Assembly: GCA_949358305.1 (NCBI GenBank)
Contig: OX442314.1
Location: forward strand, 31,930,001-31,994,000
Source of the DNA: Strigamia acuminata
Taxonomy: Eukaryota
Reading direction: 5' to 3'
DNA: 64,000 nucleotides
The translations under genes and the position numbers were made by a program. Below, piece by piece: positions 22,839 to 32,059 of this stretch (position 1 is its first letter; every line of letters starts with the position of its first letter). The notes beneath the pieces are model-generated. The model did not search any database. It was not told the DNA's origin and worked only from the letters and a program-made list of their open reading frames with translations.

Positions 22839-24094
22839 GTGAGTAAATTCAAATGCTGCGTGCACTGCAAAAAAAGAAGGATTAATAGTGTGGAAATAAA
22901 TAGTATGGAAATAAATTGGTCGTAAACGTTAACCTTAAAACTAATGAGGAGAAGTCAGTCGCTGCCTGCGTGAGAGTTAGCACTTCCGGAAATGTAACTT
23001 TTTGTGAAATTCCGGAACCGGAAATGCGTCATTTTTTTGTGTAATTTTATCCTCGGAAGTGGCGCCACCTGGTGGCGGAATTACATGTCCTCGGACAAGA
23101 TGGCCACCAATTTTAACACTTTCTGTTTTGTCATTTTTTTTTTAATTTGAATAAATCCTATTGATTTCAAGTAAAACTATCACTTTCATTTGTATTTCAA
23201 GTGTTTCAACAATTAGTATGCTGAAGCAATACAACCATGTATACTATCGATTTTCCTTATATAGCAGGCAAAAAGGTGGTACGTAATAGGCTGGTGCGTC
23301 GAATGTTCACCTGATTGAATAAACTATTTAAAACGACTTTTCACTTTGTAAATGACATTATTCTGGTGCAATTTTACGTTTTCTACTTATTAAAGAAGAC
23401 AAAACAAACATTAAATATAGTTTAATAGGAGAAAAAGCGAAATTACGACAATTTAAGTAGATTGCAGCGCCACCTGGCGGGAGCCGTGCGTACTAATAGT
23501 AGCGTAATGTTCGCTTCGATTCGTTTTTTGAGCTTTTCTAGGTCGTAATGAGGTCAAAAATTCTGAAACCACTTCCGTTGGAAAGAGGGGACAATTTTAC
23601 ATCAGCCTGTGTATTTTTTATTTCCATTCGGGTGAAAAAATTACCGATTCATGGCGATTTTAGCGGGTGCCCGAATGGAAATTCAGGCGGAAATGTTCGT
23701 CGCGTATGGTTTTTTATTGTTTTCTATTTCAAAATGAGCTCGAAAATTTCTGGAACCGAGCTCATTTTGAAGAGGAGACAATTCTGCACAAGCCTGTATT
23801 TTTTATTTTTAGATTCGGGCGAGGAAAAGTGACGATTTGGGTGATCTTAGGGGGCAACCGATTGAAAATTTAGTAAAAATTTGGATTCGACCATGAAAAA
23901 ACCAAATATTCGTAAAATTTACCGAATAAAATGTTTAAAACATGTTTCCAGAGCAGAAAATGCTGCTGAAAACGATGGTGTGAATAACTTTTTGATCGGA
24001 ATTATGGTTGGCATTTAATTTGAAAAAAACGACCTTTTTTGGTTAATTTTATCCAAAAAATTTGATAAAATGGTTGGATAATAAACCAGGAACA

Positions 24095-24380
24095 AACAGC
24101 GGGTAAATAGGAGAAAATAGCTGGTAAATAGGAGGAAACAGCGGGTAAATAGGAGAAAATAGCGGGTAAATAGGAGGAAACAGCGGGTAAATAGGAGGAA
24201 ATAGCGGGTAAATAGGAGAAAATAGCGGGTAAATAGGAGAAAATAGCGGGTAAATAGGAAAAAACAGCGGGTAAATAGGAAAAAACAGCGGGTACATAGG
24301 AGAAAATAGCGGGTAAAAACATAAAAAAGCGGGTAAAAACATAAAATAGCGGGTAAAAACATAAAATAGCAGGTAAAAAT
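24095..24380. repeat. 21-bp minisatellite (aaatagcgggtaaataggaga), about 10 copies plus shorter variants
   Basis: Direct tandem repeats; they explain the repetitive minus-strand ORFs at 24002-24561. Confidence 0.9.
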
Positions 24381-25124
24381 TAAAAACATTTGTCAACAAA
24401 AGCTGCCTACAGATGGCGCTTTTTCCAAAATGCTGTGTGGGTGTTTTATGTATTTTATGGTTCTTGCGGGGGTTCTTGAGGGGGTTCTTGCGGGGGTTCT
24501 TGCGGGTTCTGTTGGCTATTGATTGGTGGCTGCAGTGGCGTTTGGGTTTGTTTTGGGCCAAAATTTTATTGGCCGAATTGGCGTTGGGTTTGGGTTAGAT
24601 CTGCAAAATGGTTTAGGTGGGTTGCATTATTGTGTTTTATTGGTTTATTTTTGCAAAAATGTATTTTATGATTTGGCTGTACACATTTGTCTGATCTATG
24701 GTTTTGAGTGATTTATGGCTCTGCGGGTGAACAGCTAGTCATGTTTACTAATTGTAAAGCAACTTTACAACTATTGATAAACATGCTGTTTACCAACAAG
24801 TTTAACGGTTATAAAAGGACTACTTTCCAATTTGATAAATGTGATATTTACTTCATTTTTATTTTTGTTAATTAATTAAATTAATTTAAATAAATTTAAA
24901 TTTACAGATAATAAAATGCAAAATTTATAATCAGTTTATTTCTTTTATATTTCATTTTTCAAATAAATTTAATAAATGTAAATTTGTATTTACACAAAAT
25001 AAAATGTAAAATTTATAACCAGTTTATTTCTTTTTTATTTCATTTCTCAAGTAGATTTAATGAATAGATATTTAAATTTACAGATAATAAAATAAAACAT
25101 TTATATCCAATTTATCAAATAAAA

Positions 25125-25480
25125 TAAAATCAAGTAAAATCATCTTAAATCAAGTAAAAATTACATAAAATAAAGTAAAATCATCTAAAATCAAGTAAAA
25201 ATTACATGAAATAAAGTAAAATCTTCTAAAATAAAGTAAAATTATATAAAATAAAGTAAAATTGTTAAAAATTCTTATAAAATCATCCTAAATTAAACAA
25301 AATTGTCTAAAACCATTTAAAATCGTAAAAAATCACGTAAAATCAAGTAAAAATTGCATAAAATTAAGTACAAATTGCATAAAATCTAGTAAAAATTGTA
25401 TAAAATAAAATAAAAATTATATAAAATCTAGTTAAAATCGTACAAAATCAAGCAAAATCGTATAAAATCAATGAAAATTA
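25125..25480. repeat. Degenerate A-rich ~20-bp tandem repeat (aaaatcaagtaaaaattacat)
   Basis: Visible tandem periodicity. Confidence 0.8.
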
Positions 25481-25630
25481 TAGTAACAATAAACAAACGA
25501 AAAAATTAATTAAAGGTCAAGTGCACTCGCGTGGGATTTTTACATTTTCTGAAAGCCCATATTAAAAAAACCAATAATCATCGAGAAAAAAATTAAATTG
25601 CTTCAGTAATTATTTCATAATAACAATCTA

Positions 25631-26177
25631 AACAAGTAAACATTTGTAATGCAGGGAAGCATTACACATGAGACTTCTAAACCCTGCCCCTAATTAAAAA
25701 AAAAATAATAATAAATTAATGACACAAAACAACCAATTTCGCAATTAAATCATTCAAAAGCTTCTTCGCCCAGAACGCCGCCAAATGCGCGTAATACGCC
25801 GGCGCCGGGATGTAAACCAATCGCGTACAACGAACGTTTCACTAGCTTCGCATTTCCGTCGTTATAATTTCCCGTTTCTCGTTTTCCGTTTGTCCCAAGT
25901 CTATTCCATGAAAATTACGGAAATGACGTCGTCATGATGACGTCATTTACGTAATTTTCATGGAATACACGGCTAAAAATGCACTAAAACCGGTTTATTA
26001 ATTCAACCGGAGGTCGAAGAAATCTGAAAATACCTTAGGATACTAATACAGGTATGCTCGATTTAATGCCGTTGTCCGTTTCGCTCTAGCTGCGGTAGTT
26101 TTTACGGAATCGTTGACGCCAGACAGACAGAACCGTTTCATTAGACTTTCTAAACAAAAGAGTTTAGAAGTCTAAAA
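25631..26177. mobile_element. DINE-1/HINE-like (Helentron-associated) element nested in the TTAA element
   Basis: Begins aacaagtaa, short hairpin tgtaatgc..gcattaca, subterminal IR agacttctaaac / gtttagaagtct, (gaca)n microsatellite, partial IR next to the end. Confidence 0.5.
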
Positions 26178-26178
26178 C

Positions 26179-26208
26179 CAAGGACGACTACTGGAGTAGT
26201 CGTCCTTG
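26179..26208. mobile_element. 30-bp palindrome with 7-bp direct flanks; possible P-superfamily excision footprint
   Basis: ctaaaac|CAAGGACGACTACT-gg-AGTAGTCGTCCTTG|ctaaaac. Confidence 0.55.
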
Positions 26209-27395
26209 CTAAAACGTAGTTAACAAAAAGCAATGCATGATGGTCGCAGACGTCTTGCCCTGCGTCATCAGTTCGAATCAGACAGTCATGCACACGCGCA
26301 GACTGACTGTCGATTCAAAATTCGATTCGTTTTTTTTTCAAGATTGTTCATAAATGTTTTTTTTATGTAGCATTGATAGCAACTAGGATAAAATCATATT
26401 TTTTAGAATTTAAAATCAATCCTGTCATTGGAAAACAATGGATTGATTGAGGTCAGACATCTTGGATCTACCCAGATCCAAGAACTGGATTCAGGTCAAA
26501 TGAACTTTAGAACTGACTACGTCATATTCCCATCACGCATTGCTTTTTGTTTGCTATGTTTTTGGATTATTATTATAAAATATTTACCGCAACAATTTAT
26601 TTATTTTTTGATGATTATTAGTTTTTTATTATGGGCTTTCAGAAAATGTAAAAATCCCACTCAGTGCACTTGACCTTTAAATATGACTAGATAATTTCCG
26701 TGTATTAAGTGTCAAGCTAAATGAATTTTGTGGAATGGTAAGCTCCTGAAATTAAATCTGAAGCTATAGCCAAACCCAATATCCATTGTGATAGTAAAGT
26801 CAACTCTTGGTAGTCTCCTGATTTTCATCTGAAGTCCAGCCAAACATAATATTACTAAACACTTTTAATCAGATAAGTTGATATCAAAATATTATTGATC
26901 AAGTAAAAATATTAAAAACCGGAACTTTACATTTTCAGAAAAATGCAACAACTAAAGACCAACCAAAAACTCAGAATAATTATTTTATCTGAGTAACAGA
27001 CTCGATGAACCATTCTATTAACACCCGTCCTTTAATTAACTCCACTGTTGACGGCAATAAATGTTGATCATTTACATATATAATTCTATATTTTTTATAT
27101 ATTCTAAAAAAAATCTTACCCTGATTTCATTTGTAATATCCTTGTCAGAATCATTCAAATCCCTAGTAGAACTTTTCGGTTCTTCAAGGGTTTTCATTCT
27201 TTTTTTTAATTCTCTGAATAGCATTTGAATACTTTTAATAATTAATTTTAAAAATATAATATTCAAAACTGACCCATCACTTGGAATCGCATTTTCCATT
27301 TTTCCGATTTATATCTGGTTTTTCATTTATCCGATTTATATCTGGTTTTCCATTTATCCGATTTTGCTCGGGATGTTCAGGAGCAAAGTTACGTT

Positions 27396-27716
27396 ATGGC
27401 GAGAATAGTCTTTAGAAAACAGAAGGAACTTAAAAAGAGTTTAGACAGAGAGAAACGACTCGTCGCCGACATAGAATACGTGGAAGGTTTAATAGAATGC
27501 GACGAAGAGAATTCAGCACTGCACAGACACATGTTGACGGTAGATGGAATAGAGTTTGTGTCATCACTGTCCCTGATTCTGATTACGACTTACCGAGACG
27601 AGGAAGAAGAGGAAGAAGAAGAAGAAAGCAGCAGAGGATTGAAAAGAGCAAATTCAGATGACATTGTGAATCCACGGAAAAAACGCCGTGCAGATCCCGA
27701 AATAATCTGGAGTTGA
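27396..27716 (+). pseudogene. Second copy of the poly-Glu/NLS ORF, 5'-truncated at ~27366
   Basis: Block 27366-28350 is homologous to 20103-21030; identical C-terminus EEEEEEEEESSRGLKRANSDDIVNPRKKRRADPEIIWS. Confidence 0.35.
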
Positions 27717-29097
27717 TGTTTAATAAGATGTACTTACTCGTGACAAATTTGGAAATTGCTGAATGGCTTTGTAATATTTTATATTTTATTTTTGTAAATT
27801 TATTTGGAGATGGTGTTTCGTAGATCTGAAAAAGGGGAAATAGAAATAAAAGATGTTTGTATTCCTTCTCTTGTGGATTCCAAATCCACGACAGAAGAAA
27901 CGTAACCAATTCGTCTGATCAACCCGAGTAACATCTCTTCTCATCTTTTCTTCCATTCCTATCACAACCCTAAAAATTTTAAATATTTTAATTTATTACT
28001 ACATTTTTATTGATTTTTTTGTGACAGCAGAAATAAAAATGATTCATTTCATTTCATGTATTTTATTTTTATTTGGGTATTATTTTATTTATTGTATTTT
28101 GAGTAAGAGAAAGTTTATTATTTTTCTAAGTCCATCAATTAGCGCCATCTAGGGATAATAATTGTATCTACTGGTAATTCAGATAAACCATGAATGATTG
28201 ATGATTCCCCTTTCGTACTTCGACATCGGATTAGTTTTTATCAGATACGTTATCTAAAATCCTACAACATTATTCCTTAGATATTTATTAAAAACCCAAA
28301 ATTCTATTTTACAGATAAACGAACAAAACTTATGAAATTCTCCGCTTTGGAACTTCGAATACGAGCGAAACTACCTCCATATGTTTATTTGCAACAACAT
28401 TCCACATGTTACTGATGGAAAAAGATACAGGAGCCGCTGCAACAATAATCAATTTCCATAACCAAACTATTCGCTTGATTTTTGCATTTTATTGTTGTAA
28501 ATTGAAGGAAGAGAGGTTGATGTGGATACAAATCGCTTTATTCTCTTACCGCGCAACCTCCGCGCGTTGCTGGTCGAACTGGAAGTCCCCAAGTTACGTT
28601 TTGGGTCGCGAGATTACAGAACAACTCCCTCTGGTCGGAGAGACCCTCACACCGGATTTTCACATTGGATCAAGGTGACCAGAAACAAAACGCCATTTTT
28701 TACATTGTTTAAACGTTTATTATTAATTGTTACATTCAATAATGAGAAATAATGCTACAAGTATGTTCGTTGGTTGAAATACGAATCAATCTATGGCTAC
28801 ATTGAAACACTGCTTCTTTCACTAACGCAAGTGCTGCAAGTTGTGTGAGAGTAATAAATAAATTTGGGTTGATGCTAGTGCGCGTTTGGATGCCCGAACG
28901 GGCGTATTGTGATTGCGCAGCATTAAAAGTGACGGTGGCGGGCAGTGACTGTTTGAACTTTGAATTTAGCATCAAGTTATAGTCTGTCATCCTATGTGGT
29001 TGTTAATAATTAGAATAATAATAATTAATGAGAAATACATCCGAAAAACTAATGAGGATACGGGCTTATAAGCAATAATAGAGTGAGATATGATCGG

Positions 29098-30722
29098 TTA
29101 TTTTTTCCCGGGGAAAAGTTGGGGCAAATAATTCAAGCAGGAAAGCAGGGAAAATCCGAGGAAAAGTCCTACGGTGCCACCCACTTCAGACACCAAGCTG
29201 GACAGGGGATAAGCGAAATATTCGCTAACGATTTGTTTCGTATTCATTTTGTAAATGATTGTGACTGTGGAGGCAGCGCCGTTTTGTGGACTTGAGCCAT
29301 ATTCTGTCATTATGGGGAATCTGGTGACGGAACATGGGCGTCTGCAATTGCTGTTATGTTGTGAATACAAAAGGTATAAAATTTTCGTTTTCAGTTTATT
29401 CACTTGGGAAATTGAGTTGCAAAGCGGCTTTGTCGAGTTCACAAAAGGCCATCTAAGGTGGATATGGAATTATTATTAAATACCTATTGATTATATGATT
29501 AAGCATAAGTATTAATCTAACCTGCATTTGATGTCAGAAGTGTCTAATTGGTCACTAATCCATCGATTAATGCACTCGATCTCTTCATTCTCAGTGACGC
29601 AGGGCTTTCGACTCGTGTTTAAATATTCAAACTGCAACAGTTGTCAATATTTAAATACGGAAATCAATGCGATTATTGTCTGTGTTTGATTGTTTACTTT
29701 TGTTTCTGACAGTTCCATAGCACTGTATTTCCATGGACGAATGACTGATTTGCCAATAAACATGAGTTTGGTTGAAGTTGCTTCGTAAACATCAGCCTGT
29801 AATAGACGAATTGTAATATTGTTATATTGTAATATTGGATTCATCTTACATGGAATCCTTTAGAATCTGAAGTTAACGGTAAATCCAACCAAAACAGCCA
29901 GGTTTTTCCAATAAAATACCATTCCAGATCTAAAAGAATCAAATATTGTTTCAGGATTTTTGTGTGAATTAAACGGAATAGTTAGTAATGACCAAATTGT
30001 AGAAGTCTGCATGGACCCGCGATCGTGTTGGCTTCCTTCTCTTTTAGCCAGTCTTCGGTTTCACATTTGCTGGAATTGACTGCATGATGACACTGGAATA
30101 CCCGGTTGGCTTTATACGGTCAAATTGTTACTTGATGTTTAAACTTACGTTGGCTGATTTGACGATTATGACTTTTGTTGAGTTTTCCCATAGATCCAAT
30201 AGTGTGACCTTGATCTTGTCGAAAGGAAAATGTTCCTGGTCGGCCGGACTCAGTGCGCTGCAAGCTGCGTCTCTTACACAGAGTGGATCGAATCTTTTGG
30301 AAAAGTCGTACGTCAGATCGGGAGTGAATGGGCAAATTACGAGGCTAGGTGTTTTGTACTGGTTGAAGCTTTCAATTTTTACATAGTTGCCTATTGGCTG
30401 TGCAAAGTACTTGTCGATGCAAATTGACAACTGCCAAGTGCACAGTGCAGTGCTCAGCAGCAGCGAAGCAATTCCCAATGCTTTGGCCGTCTTATTTGCC
30501 TGCGGTTGTCGTTGTCGTTTTGGTGTTCGTGTGATGCGAATATGGTGTACGCGAGTATCCGGAGAAACAATTCTACGTCCCATTCTTCTACTATGGATTT
30601 TCATCGCGCCTGAAAATGACCCCCACAACAGCAGGAAAACAATATTTAAGGTGTCTTAACGAGTATTAACGTTAACGCTCGCCTACCAAACCTGTGTGTT
30701 GTTTGTTACTGCTCGTTTCCAT
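29098..30722 (-). CDS. DEG/ENaC-like channel subunit, paralog C, spliced, ~400-415 aa, apparently intact
   Basis: Homologous exons; KYFAQPIGN..PSLVICP, TM2 SEVGGTVGLFLGFSLLS; splice sites conserved. Confidence 0.85.
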
Positions 30723-30991
30723 GTGATTGAATTCAAACGCTGCGGTTTTATTGTGTGTGTGTGTGTTTGCATTTTAATGGGTATTGATTAATGATTTAAT
30801 ATTAATTCTGTATCTAGGAGATGCCATTCGAAAGGCTGTTTTGTTTATGGTAGCGTCTAGCGCAAGTTACCTAGGAGATAATGATGATTGAGTTACACGT
30901 GTATGACCTGAATACAAGAGCGATATGGTCGTTATCCACCGTTGCCACCACCTCCACAAGAAAATCACTAACTTGTTAAGTTTTAAAACAT

Positions 30992-31944
30992 TGTGGTGAT
31001 CTCAAATATTTCACCAACTTAGAAGATAAATTAATTGTGTCTTCTAATTAATTTGACTGTGGCACACGCCAAGTCGAATCATGTGACGAAGGGGAGGAAA
31101 CTTCCCTAGGCACATATCACCTCAGGTTGGCTGGGGTGAAAGACGGTAATTAACCGTTATGGTGCAATATTGGGCAATAATCCTTTGTTGCACCAGTTTC
31201 AGCTAATTGCGCAGATTATCTGCGCAATATTGAAGCGTGCCGGGCTCGCGCCCTAGCTTCAATCGAGACTCTTGACAAAAATACACAACCCACAACATCA
31301 CTGCGATATTTGCTCCGACAATTCGTATTGACAGTGGACCGTGTAACCGTCAAGTTTCACCAGCTTGCTTTGTAACAACTTACAAAGCCAGCAATCTTGC
31401 TTGAATTAGCCGTCGCTAATTCCAGCTATCGTAGAAGAAGAAGTTCCTGATCCAAGTGAACCATCGCCATCGTTGCTGCGCGAACGGCAACCATCGCCAT
31501 CGTACCTGGACCAGACGCCTGTAGCCGTCAACCACCGCCATCGAGCCGTCGCACGAGCCACAGAAGGACCCACGAGAACCATCGTCGCCAGGACCATCGT
31601 TCGTGAGTCGTTGAACGAAGACATTTTGCCTTCATAACAACTTCCAGTTGTCAAGCGCCATCGCCGCGCTTTGTAGCTTGCAACAGTCGTTGCAAGCCCT
31701 TCCATTGTTCTTTCCCGCTCATTATTTCGCGACTTGTCGCTTTTAATCTCATTTTACCACTAGTCATTGTATTTATTGTAATAAAAAGTGTTCATTTGAA
31801 TTATAAAACTGTCTTTTTATTTCTCCTTATTAAAATTAACCCTAGATAATTTTCGGCCGCGATATAAGTCTTTTAAAGCATTCACCTGCGGTTTCACGCT
31901 TATTTATTAGGAATAAGTGTGATAAAAACCCGGATCGCAGCACG
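30992..31944 (+). repeat. Gypsy 5' LTR
   Basis: TGTGGTGATCTC...GGATCGCAGCACG, directly followed by the PBS; visibly diverged from the 3' LTR. Confidence 0.93.
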
Positions 31945-31962
31945 TGGGGGCCCGTCCGGGAT
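31945..31962 (+). promoter_or_regulatory. Primer-binding site, tRNA-Pro type
   Basis: TGGGGGCCCGTCCGGGAT, one mismatch to the classical tRNA-Pro PBS TGGGGGCTCGTCCGGGAT. Confidence 0.85.
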
Positions 31963-32059
31963 ATATTTCAATTGTATAAATTTTTGTCAGTTAAAATTTA
32001 CCCGCCATTTTTATCTTGTTTGTCTTTCTTATCTTTCCTTTCTCTGTCTTCATTGAAAA

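Larger units (their letters stand above)
25514..26676. mobile_element. Non-autonomous TIR element with TTAA TSD, Kolobok-like
   Basis: ttaa|AGGTCAAGTGCACT..GTGGGATTTTTACATTTTCTGAAAGCCCAT and its reverse complement at 26632-26676|ttaa; ~85-bp imperfect TIRs. AGG termini fit Kolobok better than piggyBac (CCY). Confidence 0.75.

Noticed and set aside
24095..24380. CRISPR-like array
   Set aside because: Head-to-tail repeats without unique spacers, eukaryotic context, no cas genes.
24002..24561. Three overlapping repetitive ORFs (SYLPAIF, FTRYFLL, PIYPLF)
   Set aside because: Translations of a stop-free 21-bp minisatellite.
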